Assembly (NCBI GenBank): GCA_964388035.1
Contig: CAYLZE010000007.1
Coordinates: 48,246 to 112,245 of the forward strand
Reading direction: 5' to 3'
Source: an uncultured archaeon
Lineage (GTDB): Archaea; Asgardarchaeota; Lokiarchaeia; Sigyniarchaeales; SOKP01
DNA: 64,000 bases
In this document: piece by piece, positions 48,485 to 59,325 of the stretch
How positions within the stretch are numbered: the stretch's first letter is position 1
How the letters are laid out: every line of letters begins with the position of its first letter
Notes under the pieces: model-generated
What the model was told of the DNA's origin: nothing
The model's database searches: none
The model's input: only the letters and a program-made list of their open reading frames with translations
Translations under genes and position numbers: made by a program

Positions 48485-49372
48485 TCATGATCCGATTATA
48501 TTTTTAAATAAATTAATTAAGTTTGTAGTTGCATTTTCCACATCTTTATAACCGGGAAATTCGTTTAAATCCAAAAGGAAAAACACTTCATTATTGTTAC
48601 TAACCAAATCAAATCCGAATAATTTTAAATTTAACCTCTTCGCCAATATTCTACTTATTTCCTTAATATTATTAGGAACATCCAAACGTTCTCGTTTTAA
48701 GGTGTTAACATCAATATTATTAGGATGTTCTCTCAAAAAGAAATAGATGGGATTTTCTCGTTTTATTCCGAATATTTCATCCCCAATCACGTAGATTTTT
48801 CGATCCATTCCATCACATTCGATAAATTCTTGAATGTATACATCATAATATATAAATTCAGAATATCTCTCGTAAAAATAATCTATTTCCTCCTCCGAAT
48901 TCACTAAAAAATTAAAACGATTGTGTTGATCTTGTTGATAATGACTTTTTATTACCACGGGTAAGTGCTTTAATATCCATTGTTTAAAATATGGTCGATT
49001 CATCGGATTTTGATTCCACGAACGGGGCATTTTAACATTTTTGAAGATTTCGGGTTGAGATGCCATGATGTTCCTTAAATAAAGATCCAGGGCAAATTTA
49101 TTTTTACAAATCAAAACTGATGCTAAGTCGTGTAGAGTAGGGATTTGGTATAATTCAGCAAAATACAACAAGTTTAGGGAATTCTCATTCGCAACTTTAA
49201 CAAAAATAAAATTAATATCCTGAAATTGTTTTCTGATTTTTGAGATTTTAAAATAATCTTCTGCTGGATCATGATATATTATTTCCACATCTTGAATCTT
49301 CTTTAATCCAAAAATAACATTTTGGATTACTTCATCATCTCTTTTAGCGGAAAAAAGAACTTTTTTAACCAT
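48485..49372 (-). CDS. ATP-grasp enzyme, ITPK1-like inositol phosphate kinase
   Basis: YIQEFIE.DG.DRKIYVIGD, LKLFGFDLV, LLDLNEFPGY. Confidence 0.8.
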   Translation of the reverse strand: MVKKVLFSAKRDDEVIQNVIFGLKKIQDVEIIYHDPAEDYFKISKIRKQFQDINFIFVKVANENSLNLLYFAELYQIPTLHDLASVLICKNKFALDLYLRNIMASQPEIFKNVKMPRSWNQNPMNRPYFKQWILKHLPVVIKSHYQQDQHNRFNFLVNSEEEIDYFYERYSEFIYYDVYIQEFIECDGMDRKIYVIGDEIFGIKRENPIYFFLREHPNNIDVNTLKRERLDVPNNIKEISRILAKRLNLKLFGFDLVSNNNEVFFLLDLNEFPGYKDVENATTNLINLFKNIIGS

Positions 49373-49485
49373 TATTGATATTAACTCACAAGCATTCTTA
49401 ATTTTACTTTTAATATTTTTAATAAAGTTTTGATTTATTTAATAAAATTCAAAATACTTAAATAATTTCAGAGCGTCCTATTTTT

Positions 49486-50808
49486 ATGGAAGAAGAGGAG
49501 AGCATTAAACACAATTTTTCTCAAAAAAGGTTTATTACGTTCCAAATCATAATCATTGGCTTGATTTATGCGGGAGCATCAATATTTGGGTTTTACGAAT
49601 TCTCTCTTTTCAATACATACATCGAACACGTGTTACATAAAGAGTATATATACATTTCATTAATGGTCTCAATGAGCGGAACCTTTGGATTTATTTTCTT
49701 AATTATTTTTGGGACTTTAAGCGACAATACGAGGAGTAGATGGGGAAGGAGAAGACCATACCTACTTTTCGGGGTTATTGCCGGAATTACAATGTATGCA
49801 TATGCTTTTTCGCCTAATTTCTGGTGGTGCTTTTTCTTGGATGCTATTGTAATTGGGGTGGTCTCAAATGCATTTTATGCGGCTCAGCGCGTGCTAATAC
49901 CCGATATTATAGAATTAGAACATCGAGGGAGAGCAAATGGGGTCGCGCAAATAATGAGCCTATTCGGATCCATGATTCCCGTCATTTTAACGCTTTATAT
50001 AAATGAATTTTATGCAACTCACGTCAATGGAAGTACCGTGATTACACAAGATGGTTACATCCTCTCATTCGCCTTTGGGGGCTTTTCAATTGCTATAGTA
50101 TCCATATTTGGATTTGCGATGATTAAAGAAAAGCCTATTTCCTCCTTACCCAAGAAAAAATCTTTATTTGAAGATCTTAGAGCAACCTTTCATTACTCGG
50201 AATTAAAACAACATAAAGATTTCTTTATTATCCTCATTGCTTTATCCATTTTTAACATAGGAGTACGCATAATCTTGCCATTCGTGTTTAATTATTTGTT
50301 TGAATTGGGGCTGTCCACCCTCCAGTTAATTATACTTTTTAGTGTTATCATTCCTATTGCTTTAATCACTATGTATTTATTAGGAAAACTCGCGGACAAG
50401 CATGGGCGGAAGAAATTTCTGACCCCATTAATTTTGCTCTCTTCTGTAGGATTCATCGCCATCCCGTTTATAACTCCCAATACTATTATAAACTTCATAT
50501 TGTATGCTCTTGCTTTTATTTTGATATTAGTAGCATTAATGGGATTACTCGTTCCTTTAAATGCTTGGCAACAGGACCTGCTCCCAGAAAATGAACGAGG
50601 CAAATTTACGGGCATTTTAAACTTCATGGATACTATTACTCAGATTCCCGGGGCCTTTATTGGAGGTTTGATGGCTGATCTCTACGGTGTGCAATATATT
50701 TTTCTATTAGTCCCCATCTTTTTAATTGGATCTATCCCCGTTTTCAAAAAAGTTAAAGAAACTCTAATTATAAAAGAAGAATTGGAACCAAAAGAAAACT
50801 CTCATTGA
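49486..50808 (+). CDS. MFS transporter (GPH/sugar-glycoside type)
   Basis: GTLSDNTRSRWGRRRPY, GKLADKHGRK, about 12 TM. Confidence 0.92.
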   Translation: MEEEESIKHNFSQKRFITFQIIIIGLIYAGASIFGFYEFSLFNTYIEHVLHKEYIYISLMVSMSGTFGFIFLIIFGTLSDNTRSRWGRRRPYLLFGVIAGITMYAYAFSPNFWWCFFLDAIVIGVVSNAFYAAQRVLIPDIIELEHRGRANGVAQIMSLFGSMIPVILTLYINEFYATHVNGSTVITQDGYILSFAFGGFSIAIVSIFGFAMIKEKPISSLPKKKSLFEDLRATFHYSELKQHKDFFIILIALSIFNIGVRIILPFVFNYLFELGLSTLQLIILFSVIIPIALITMYLLGKLADKHGRKKFLTPLILLSSVGFIAIPFITPNTIINFILYALAFILILVALMGLLVPLNAWQQDLLPENERGKFTGILNFMDTITQIPGAFIGGLMADLYGVQYIFLLVPIFLIGSIPVFKKVKETLIIKEELEPKENSH

Positions 50809-51035
50809 AAAGTAGGAGAAGATGACGTCTTAGTTTCTTCATTAATATTTCTTTCAAATTTTAAAAGATTTTTACTAATTCATGATGGCAATTTGGAATT
50901 TCTCTATTTCTCTAAGATCGTATTAAACTTAACGTTAGAAAATTGAATATCCCTTGCATAAAATTTATATATCGTATAAAAGAATATAAATCATAAATGT
51001 TCTTTTTTTGTTAAAAAGGACATTACCGTAAGAAA

Positions 51036-51311
51036 ATGCCAGAATTTGAGATATTTGAATTTTTAGCTTTAATTTTTTTATTAATTCCATTCATTTTTGG
51101 CTATCATATTGCAAAAAAAAGGAGAGATCTGCTAGTATTATTTCCTGGTGCATTGTTGATCCTTGTATCTTTCACGTGTACTAATTTAGAAGCATTTTTT
51201 GCTCCAAACATTTTCGATTTCATTGAACATTTATCCATCATGCTGGGAGGATTCTTATTTTTGTTTGGAATGGTATATCGATATCGACATTATCACGAAA
51301 ATTATGATTAA
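51036..51311 (+). CDS. Small 3-TM membrane protein upstream of the histidine kinase
   Basis: Three TM helices; TNLEAFF...FIEHL motif; 24-nt spacer to the kinase. Confidence 0.75.
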   Translation: MPEFEIFEFLALIFLLIPFIFGYHIAKKRRDLLVLFPGALLILVSFTCTNLEAFFAPNIFDFIEHLSIMLGGFLFLFGMVYRYRHYHENYD

Positions 51312-51335
51312 TTGAATTATATAAAGTGAAATTTT

Positions 51336-52346
51336 TTGATTGAATTATTTGATGGAATATTTAACAGCGTTGCAATGATCTTGTTCATTGGTTCGATGTC
51401 CATAGCTCTTAGGGAGTTTTCTAAAAAAAGAAATGTATCTAGTCTGACTCTCGTTTTACTTTTCTTAGGAGCAACCCTTTTTTCATTAGGTAATATTCTT
51501 GATAAATTTGATATTATTGATGAAATGATCGCTGATGATATCGCAGAAGCATTTAAGATCTTTTTCGCGGTAATTGGATTTTTTTGGATCATCATTCCCT
51601 TGATGGAAGCGAAACTAAAGGAATCTGAAATTCTTTATAAAAATGCTTATAATCGTGCGAATTTTTATAAAGATTTATTTACCCATGATATGAACAATAT
51701 CCTTCAAAGCATGCTCAATTCACTAGAATTGTATTATATAGACCAAAACCAGCTTGATGATGATAAGAATGTAAATCAATATATCTCAATCCTTAAAGAA
51801 CAAACAGATCGAGCCATTTTATTAATCAGTAATGTGCAGAAATTATCAAATCTAGAAAGTGCTGACTTTTATATGGAAAAAGTAGAAATAATAGAAGTTC
51901 TAAATGATGCTCTCTCCTTCATAGAAAAAAATTTTCCAGGTAAAGATATAAAAATCACCGTTCAAGCGAACGACGGTAATTATCATATTCAAGCGAATGA
52001 ATTACTTCTGGATGTATTCGAAAATTTATTAATCAACTCAATTAAACATAATTCTAATCCCACGATTAAAATGAAAATCAAAGTTTCGAAAAAGCTCAGG
52101 AATAATAAAAGAGAGATAAAAATGAGCTTCATTGATAACGGTAGAGGCATTCCAGATTCAAGAAAAGAAGAGATTTTTAAAAGATCGCCTGAAGTTAAAA
52201 GATCAATTGAAGGGATGGGAATGGGATTATCTCTCGTTAAAATTATCGTGGATAACTTTAAAGGAAGCATTCAGGTAAAAGATAGAATTAAAAATGATCA
52301 AATTAAAGGTAGTATTTTTATTCTCTATTTTCCTGATGCCGGTTAA
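51336..52346 (+). CDS. Sensor histidine kinase with a 3-TM N-terminus
   Basis: H-box THDMNNILQ, N-box ENLLINSIKH, DNGRGIPD, GMGMGLSLV. Confidence 0.93.
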   Translation: MIELFDGIFNSVAMILFIGSMSIALREFSKKRNVSSLTLVLLFLGATLFSLGNILDKFDIIDEMIADDIAEAFKIFFAVIGFFWIIIPLMEAKLKESEILYKNAYNRANFYKDLFTHDMNNILQSMLNSLELYYIDQNQLDDDKNVNQYISILKEQTDRAILLISNVQKLSNLESADFYMEKVEIIEVLNDALSFIEKNFPGKDIKITVQANDGNYHIQANELLLDVFENLLINSIKHNSNPTIKMKIKVSKKLRNNKREIKMSFIDNGRGIPDSRKEEIFKRSPEVKRSIEGMGMGLSLVKIIVDNFKGSIQVKDRIKNDQIKGSIFILYFPDAG

Positions 52347-52499
52347 ATTTCAGATTTTTGGTCTTCATATTACTTGCAACAAATTTATAATAAAAGGATC
52401 AATTCCTTAGTTCGTTAAAATCTTTAATTATATTTTCTGTTTAATTTCAAGCTCTAAAAGTAGTAACTTTTTTGATAATGGTAAATTTAAATTCGATTC

Positions 52500-53873
52500 A
52501 TGAATTTATTCACAAAAATTATATTATTAGATGAAAAAATGGAAGATAAAACAAAAATAGACAAAGTACTTGATGAAAAATTAGAAGAAAAAACGAGAGT
52601 AGGGAAACTTCCTAAGTTTATATTCCTCGAAGCAATCATAATCGGGATTGTCGTTGCTGCAGATCAAGTTTACGGATTCATTGAGCAAAACTTTTTTAAT
52701 ACTTATATAGCACACGTTCTACTTCTTCCGGATATCTACGTATCAATAATGGTTTCCTGTTCCGCAGCCATGGGGCTCGTTTTCCTCTTGGTTTGGGGCA
52801 TTTTTAGTGATAATACGAGATCGAAATATGGAAGAAGAAGGCCTTATCTCTTGATTGGAGGGCTTGTTACCGGTACTGCGGCGATCCTTTATGGATTCAG
52901 TCCCACTTATTTAGTAGCATTTTTGATTGATGTTGTGATTTTAGGAATTTCAAGTAATGCTTATTTTGCTGCAGACAGGGCAATCGTGCCTGATACCATG
53001 GATCAAGAGTATCGCGGTAGAGCTAATGGGGTCATTACATCAATCGGTAATTTGGGTGTATTAATTGGAGTCACTCTTTTTTTGGTAAGCGATCTCTTAT
53101 TCACGGTACCAGCCCCTTCAGGTGAAGGTAATTTCTTAACTCAAGAAGGACATCAATTTGTGTTAACTTTTGGTGGTATCTTCATGATCATCGCCTCTAT
53201 CATCGGTTTTCTACTCATCAAAGAAAAACCCGTATCAGAACTCCCACCAAAAAAGCGATTTAAGGAAGAATTTGTAGAAATGTTTAATTTCCAAGCCATG
53301 AAAGAGCATAAAGAGTTTTTTAAAATAATGATAGCATACATGGTCTATCAATGTGGAGTCGGAACCATAATGCCCTTTCTCTTTATCTACATTTTCGCAC
53401 TTGGTCTGACTACACTTCAACTTTTTATTGGCATTGTCATAGGTTTTCCTTTACTCATCTTAATTACAGTTTTATTGGGAAAAAGTTCGGACAAATATGG
53501 TCGCAAGAAACCGATCCCAATTGCAATTGTATTGATGAGTGTCGGTGTTGCTTTAGCTTCATTCGTTAAAACAAGTGCAGGTCCTAATGTGCTCCTCTTC
53601 TTCATATCATTACCTTTTGTCTTGGTGGCACTTCTTGGAATGCCGGCTCCTATAAATGCATATTCTCAAGACTTACTCCCTGAAGATCAACGAGGAAAGT
53701 TTTATGGAATATTGAACATTGTTTTCACAGTCCCGCAAATTATCGGTTCCATAATCGCTGGATTTGTTTCAATGATCTTTGGATTACAATGGATTTTCTT
53801 AGTTGCAATAATATTCTTCTTAGGTTCAATTGTTTTCTTCAAGTTCGTCAAGGAAACAATGAATATTGAATAA
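52500..53873 (+). CDS. MFS transporter (GPH type), paralogue of 49486-50808
   Basis: GIFSDNTRSKYGRRRPY, RGRANG, QDLLPEDQRGKFYGI shared with the upstream paralogue. Confidence 0.92.
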   Translation: MNLFTKIILLDEKMEDKTKIDKVLDEKLEEKTRVGKLPKFIFLEAIIIGIVVAADQVYGFIEQNFFNTYIAHVLLLPDIYVSIMVSCSAAMGLVFLLVWGIFSDNTRSKYGRRRPYLLIGGLVTGTAAILYGFSPTYLVAFLIDVVILGISSNAYFAADRAIVPDTMDQEYRGRANGVITSIGNLGVLIGVTLFLVSDLLFTVPAPSGEGNFLTQEGHQFVLTFGGIFMIIASIIGFLLIKEKPVSELPPKKRFKEEFVEMFNFQAMKEHKEFFKIMIAYMVYQCGVGTIMPFLFIYIFALGLTTLQLFIGIVIGFPLLILITVLLGKSSDKYGRKKPIPIAIVLMSVGVALASFVKTSAGPNVLLFFISLPFVLVALLGMPAPINAYSQDLLPEDQRGKFYGILNIVFTVPQIIGSIIAGFVSMIFGLQWIFLVAIIFFLGSIVFFKFVKETMNIE

Positions 53874-53919
53874 AATTAAAATACTTTCTTTTTAATTTTT
53901 TTTTACATTTGAATTTTTT

Positions 53920-54933
53920 TTATGTTCTTTGCGGTTCTACGATTATTTTAATCCATTTTTCTCTATCATAATACTTGAAAGCATCAACCGCTTCTTCTAA
54001 AGTAATCCGCTTGGTTATCAAGCTTTCCAAATCCAAGGTCTTGCATGCAATTAAATCCAAGGCTTGGTCCCAGTATTCTTTATCTGCTTTAGAATTCACC
54101 ATTGCTTCGGGATAAACTAATTCCACTCCTTTTCTTCGACAATTCACGTAAGGAATATACTGCATTTTTTGAGCTCCAAATACTACCACTCGATATCCTG
54201 ATTTGATTAAATCAATAGCTTGCAATAAGGTTTCATTATGCCCTACCATTTCAAACACCGCATGGGCTTCACCGAAATCTTTTTTAATCTGTTCTACTAC
54301 GGAATAATTACCATGAGTGGCTCTTGTAAAATTATCGGGATTATAGACTTTTGCGCCCCACTGTTCTGCAAGATTTCTTTTATGATGATAAGGTTCAGAA
54401 GCTACAACTTCTATTCCATTATTCAATAAGATTTGGGTCAAAATAAGTCCGATTGGACCTAATCCAAGCACAATTGCTTTTTTTTCTCCTTCAATTTTAT
54501 CGAACTCTGCCCGTTCATAACAATTAATGGCACAACCTACGGCATCTGCGAAAGAGATTTCCTCTAACGTTAAATCATTTCTCACGATAGGAAGAGCTCC
54601 CGTTTTTTCATCCTTTCCGTGACCCACAACATTTATATGAGTGGAGTATTCTGCATATCCATATCCCATTCTTGCCAAATGATCTCCTACCCGAATTCCT
54701 TTTACATTTTTTCCGACCTCAATTGCAATAGCTCCCGTTTCATGACCATGACCCCCAGGCTCATGGGCAATAATCCAGTGTTCTCCTTCGTAAATTCCTA
54801 CATCGCTCCCGCAAATCCCAACAGAATGTATTTCTGCTAAAACGTCATTCGGTCCGCATTTTGGAATATCTATATTAACTAATTCTACTTTCCAGGGTTC
54901 TGGAAATAATAGAGCTTTCATTTTACCATTCAT
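53920..54933 (-). CDS. Zn-dependent medium-chain dehydrogenase (sugar/polyol type), no structural Zn lobe
   Basis: GICGSD, GHE, GLGPIG; no four-Cys cluster. Confidence 0.88.
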   Translation of the reverse strand: MNGKMKALLFPEPWKVELVNIDIPKCGPNDVLAEIHSVGICGSDVGIYEGEHWIIAHEPGGHGHETGAIAIEVGKNVKGIRVGDHLARMGYGYAEYSTHINVVGHGKDEKTGALPIVRNDLTLEEISFADAVGCAINCYERAEFDKIEGEKKAIVLGLGPIGLILTQILLNNGIEVVASEPYHHKRNLAEQWGAKVYNPDNFTRATHGNYSVVEQIKKDFGEAHAVFEMVGHNETLLQAIDLIKSGYRVVVFGAQKMQYIPYVNCRRKGVELVYPEAMVNSKADKEYWDQALDLIACKTLDLESLITKRITLEEAVDAFKYYDREKWIKIIVEPQRT

Positions 54934-54997
54934 TTCTAATAAACCTATATTAAAATAATTTATATTTTTATTTTAAAATTAAGGAAGAAGAGAAATT

Positions 54998-57814
54998 CTA
55001 TTTTCCGCGTATCCCGTCAATTAGAAGCCTTAATGCTGTCATAATGTTCAAGTTCATACCTTGCTTTGGAAATTTAAGTTCCTTTGTAGGATCAAAATTT
55101 GCATTCACTTTTCTTACCCAATCCATGTAAGTTAAATCCAATAATTCAACGACCCCAAATTCTTCTTTCAATGCATCAGCATTTTCCTTCAACCGTGAAA
55201 AGTTATCTTCCAAGTTCGACGCGTCTTTGCTTTTAAATAAAACTAAAGGAGGGAGGGAGAAATGATTCGCAAAGGATTGCTTATCCTCGGGAGGAGAATC
55301 TCCTTCATATGGCATGATAACTAATTCAAAAGATACGTTCTTACCGCTGAACGTGGGCGCAGAAGATTCCAAAGTACCAAATAGGGTAGGAATTAATTTT
55401 TGACCGTGTCCCGTACCAAGGGTCCAATAATGCAAATATCTTCCAAAATAAGTTCCAAACGGATTGATTCTAACTTGCTGTGCCTTTTCCCTACAATCTC
55501 CAAATCCCTTATCTCTTATCTTTAGGGGAGTAAATGCGAAATTTGCAGCTTTTAAAGCATTATAGCCAATTAGCATGCCTTTTTTCCTATCTGATACTCC
55601 CATCCATCCATCCGTAACATTTGCCACTAAACAATCAATATCCGCATTTTTCGAATCTACTTCTTTCATGTCCAGGTCAAAGTAAGAGAGCCTTCCTAAA
55701 TAATTATGTTTCCATATTCGAAGGAAATTTTCCTTCCCCATGATCATTGGTTTTATCTCACAAGGCATTATTTCTAACCATCTCTTATCATACTGTTCCT
55801 CTACAAAAGAAGTTCCATCTGCAATTACCTCCTCTCCTTTAATATCACATAAATCAATTGAAACATCGACGAAAATATAAGCTAAATCAGCATATATTTT
55901 GAGGACTTTTTCACCACGCACGAGTGAACCGGGCAGTATTTCGAATTCGCTTTTTATTTTCACGGATGCCGAGAATTCATCGGTGCCATCCCTGATAATT
56001 ATAATATCATCCCTTTCTGACTCGAATCTTCTCTCCTTGCCTATTTCCCCAAAGGTAATTGCAGATTCTAAAAATCTAGGACAAGCGTATTCCATACCTT
56101 TAAATTTAAAAGAAATTATTTTTCCTTTTTCATTGAATTTTACTGCAAGGAATTTATTTTTTAATAGAGATGTTGTAGCTATTAATTCATTGAGTTCACT
56201 TTTTTTATCACCGAATTGTTCTAAAGAAATCTCCATGGAATAATTTCCAAATTCTTGAAAATTTGAGGGAGAAAGGATGGATTCAATACATAATTTTGAA
56301 TCTAAATTATCTTCATAAAAAGCATACTTCACATTTTTATCTTTTGAGATGAAATATGTTGACTTAAATTCTTTTTTTCTATTTATTAGATCGCGAGCAA
56401 ATTCAGAAGGAAGTTCTTCTTTTATCAGAATTTGAGAATCTACCGGTTTTTTTTCTTCCACGGATATGCCTCTATTTATTATGGGATAAATTACAATACT
56501 CGATTTATCTATAGATGACACTTCTTTTGAATTAAAAACAAGTTCTTCTTTTGCTAATGCCATCGCATTCAATGAAGCATATAATGCTCTCAATCCATAA
56601 GCCATTGCAGTCTTCTGTCTTTGAGGATGTTGGAACGGCATGGACAGCCCAAAATTAGTAGTCGAAGCAAAAAGAACCTTATTTCTAAAATACGTATTGG
56701 ATTGATCATTCCCATCTCTTAAATAAGAGTTAATTTGAGGAGTAGATTTCCTCACGTGACCTTCTTCAATTAATGTATCTGCCATGCATTTGAGCCACCG
56801 TGCTTTTTGTCCCACAGTCCAGAATTTTGTATTATCATGTTTTTGAGCCCAACTATAAAAGCCATTCCAATTTCCATCTGCAGCATCTTCTCTTAATATA
56901 ATATCACCCCGAATCTCCATCTTAGGAATTATATCCATGAGGTTTGCGAATTCAACATAATCATGTTGATCTACTGCTTCTGCAAACTCCATCAAGCCCC
57001 TAGAATTGGGCATCCATTGAAGAAAAGAGGGGAGAGGTACGGAAAGCCATAAATCGTAATCCATATCAAAATTCAAAAAGATAAGAGCATGCCCCTTTAT
57101 ATCATCTCTTTCTTGTGCCTTTCTAATATGCTTAAACCATCGTTTTATGGAACAATAATCTAAAACATCTCCAAACCCATACATCGGAATCATTAATATT
57201 GATGCATCGGAAACAGCTGAATTGAATTTTACAGGCCCGTATCTCTGATTCCAGTCTAGTCTGGGATTTAAAAAGGGTCTAGCTACATCAAATTGATACA
57301 CGGAATAATAGATGCAAATTCCTTCAATTCCTAATTTATTATATACTTCAATCATTCCTTGAGTAAACATTGTTTCCTGTGTGCGAGCATAAGGGGCCAC
57401 TCTTCCTTTAAATAATTGTCTAACGCCGATATCCATGGAATTTTCTTGAAACCAGGTTTGATCTTGGATTAGTTCCTCCGTGTCAAGAATGGGCTGAGCT
57501 ACATTCGCCCACGAGCCAAAAAGCACCTCGTCCTTTCCCTTCTTGCATCTCTCTATAACTCTGTCGAGAACATCTTGTTGATATTCTTTTTGCAATTGGA
57601 TGGACCAGAAGATATCACCATAATCCCAAGAAATTCTCATATCTCTAAATGAAAAACCCTTATCCTCAATCTCATCTAATTTGTCAAGTATACCTTTCAT
57701 TAAGTTTAAATCTTTTCCAAATCCGGTAACTCCTCGGGAGTCACCGCGGTATGAATGATAATAGTTAATGTGTGGACTCAAGGCAAGATATATTTTCTTA
57801 TCTTCTAAGCGCAT
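54998..57814 (-). CDS. Large GH38/GH57-like glycoside hydrolase
   Basis: N-terminal PHINYYHSYRGD metal-type motif, DMDYDLW, C-terminal beta-supersandwich (LLKNKFLAVKFNEKGKIISF...VRGEKVLKIYAD). Confidence 0.6.
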   Translation of the reverse strand: MRLEDKKIYLALSPHINYYHSYRGDSRGVTGFGKDLNLMKGILDKLDEIEDKGFSFRDMRISWDYGDIFWSIQLQKEYQQDVLDRVIERCKKGKDEVLFGSWANVAQPILDTEELIQDQTWFQENSMDIGVRQLFKGRVAPYARTQETMFTQGMIEVYNKLGIEGICIYYSVYQFDVARPFLNPRLDWNQRYGPVKFNSAVSDASILMIPMYGFGDVLDYCSIKRWFKHIRKAQERDDIKGHALIFLNFDMDYDLWLSVPLPSFLQWMPNSRGLMEFAEAVDQHDYVEFANLMDIIPKMEIRGDIILREDAADGNWNGFYSWAQKHDNTKFWTVGQKARWLKCMADTLIEEGHVRKSTPQINSYLRDGNDQSNTYFRNKVLFASTTNFGLSMPFQHPQRQKTAMAYGLRALYASLNAMALAKEELVFNSKEVSSIDKSSIVIYPIINRGISVEEKKPVDSQILIKEELPSEFARDLINRKKEFKSTYFISKDKNVKYAFYEDNLDSKLCIESILSPSNFQEFGNYSMEISLEQFGDKKSELNELIATTSLLKNKFLAVKFNEKGKIISFKFKGMEYACPRFLESAITFGEIGKERRFESERDDIIIIRDGTDEFSASVKIKSEFEILPGSLVRGEKVLKIYADLAYIFVDVSIDLCDIKGEEVIADGTSFVEEQYDKRWLEIMPCEIKPMIMGKENFLRIWKHNYLGRLSYFDLDMKEVDSKNADIDCLVANVTDGWMGVSDRKKGMLIGYNALKAANFAFTPLKIRDKGFGDCREKAQQVRINPFGTYFGRYLHYWTLGTGHGQKLIPTLFGTLESSAPTFSGKNVSFELVIMPYEGDSPPEDKQSFANHFSLPPLVLFKSKDASNLEDNFSRLKENADALKEEFGVVELLDLTYMDWVRKVNANFDPTKELKFPKQGMNLNIMTALRLLIDGIRGK

Positions 57815-58188
57815 GATATTTTTAATCAGTCCAATAAATCTTTTCCATTGTATAGGAATAAAAGTGTAAGAAATAAAATGTTTTAGATAAAAGTCTTTAA
57901 AATCAAGGGAAGAATATCTATATAGTTTGGATTATCCATTTTGATGACGGATTTATTATTAATATCCTTCTTAAGATTTGGGTATTGTAGTTGAATAAAT
58001 ATGTATCGAGGATTTTTCATATATATTAAGATTTAGGTAAATCAAGACTTCAGTTCCAAGAAAATTTAAGAGTGGGGATTAATAATAATATAAATGCCCG
58101 AGTCATTTAATTCAATAATATTAAGATTAATTCCATCAAATATACTTCTTATTAGTATTATAAATGATTTAAATAATAACATTTTATT

Positions 58189-59292
58189 GTGACCATTACC
58201 ATGGCGAAAAAAATTCGTACGGCATTAATAGGAATCGGTGATGTCGCCTCAGCATTAGTTCAAGGAATTGAAAATTATAAGGCACATCCCGAGAGAATTA
58301 TTGGCATTTTACCCGAGATTACTGATTATGCAATTAATGATATTGAGTTTGTACTTGGAATTGATGTGAACTCTGAAAAAGTAGGAAAGGATCTTAGCGA
58401 AGCAATTTTTGCGGAACCAAATTGTAACGTGGAGCTTTTTAGACCGGAAAATTTAAACGCTCCTGTTATCAAGGGACCCGTATTAGATGGCTTGGATAGT
58501 AATATAAAGAATATTGTTCCAATATCCGATGAGCAATCACCGGCCGATATTGTTAATGAAATCAAGCAAAAAAGTGTTGATATAGTGGCAATTTTATTAC
58601 CAACGGGATCTCATAGAGCTGTAAAATTCTATGCCATGAGTGCACTTGAAGCGGGTGCATGTGTCGTTAACGGAATGCCCACTAAAGTAGCAAAAGATCC
58701 TGAAATTATTCGTAAAGCAGAGCAATTAAAACTCTCCCTAATAGGAGATGATGTAAAATCTCAAATTGGAGCCACGATCATCCATCGCTCCTTGGCTAAC
58801 CTGTTTCCCATGAGAGGAGCAATATTAGACCGCACCCTTCAATTAGATTGGGGAGGATCTAGCGATTTTTGTAACTTATTAACTTCCATGCCAAATGGAA
58901 CATTACGATATGAACAAGGCAAACGCCAATCTAAAACGGAAGCGGTAATTGCTAACTTACCTAATAAGGAACAGGTTGATTGCAAAATTTCCGCGGTCGA
59001 TTATATTCCGTTTCTTAAAAATCAAAAAGAAGCATACATGAGATTAGAGGGAAGGATCTTTGGAGGTGCTCCCGTGAGGGTAGACATTACCATGTTTGTT
59101 GAAGATGGAAATAACTCGGCAGGTATCATTGCCGATTGTATTAGGATTTCAAAAATTGCAAAGGATCGGGAAATCGGAGGTGTTTTAAATTCCGCTTGCT
59201 CATTTTTCTGTAAGCATCCACTTGAACAAATGGAAGATGAAGTTGCAAAAAGACATTTGATAGAATTCATTCGAAAAGAAAGAGAAAATTAA
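58189..59292 (+). CDS. ino1: Myo-inositol-1(3)-phosphate synthase
   Basis: GIGDVASALVQG, KVGKDLSEAIFAEPN, LLPTGS, GDDVKSQIGATIIHR, QLDWGG.SDF.NL, SKT, DYIPFL...K.A, ED..NSAG, KHP. Confidence 0.95.
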   Translation: MTITMAKKIRTALIGIGDVASALVQGIENYKAHPERIIGILPEITDYAINDIEFVLGIDVNSEKVGKDLSEAIFAEPNCNVELFRPENLNAPVIKGPVLDGLDSNIKNIVPISDEQSPADIVNEIKQKSVDIVAILLPTGSHRAVKFYAMSALEAGACVVNGMPTKVAKDPEIIRKAEQLKLSLIGDDVKSQIGATIIHRSLANLFPMRGAILDRTLQLDWGGSSDFCNLLTSMPNGTLRYEQGKRQSKTEAVIANLPNKEQVDCKISAVDYIPFLKNQKEAYMRLEGRIFGGAPVRVDITMFVEDGNNSAGIIADCIRISKIAKDREIGGVLNSACSFFCKHPLEQMEDEVAKRHLIEFIRKEREN

Positions 59293-59325
59293 TCCTAATT
59301 TCTGAGCTTCAATAAGATTACTACG

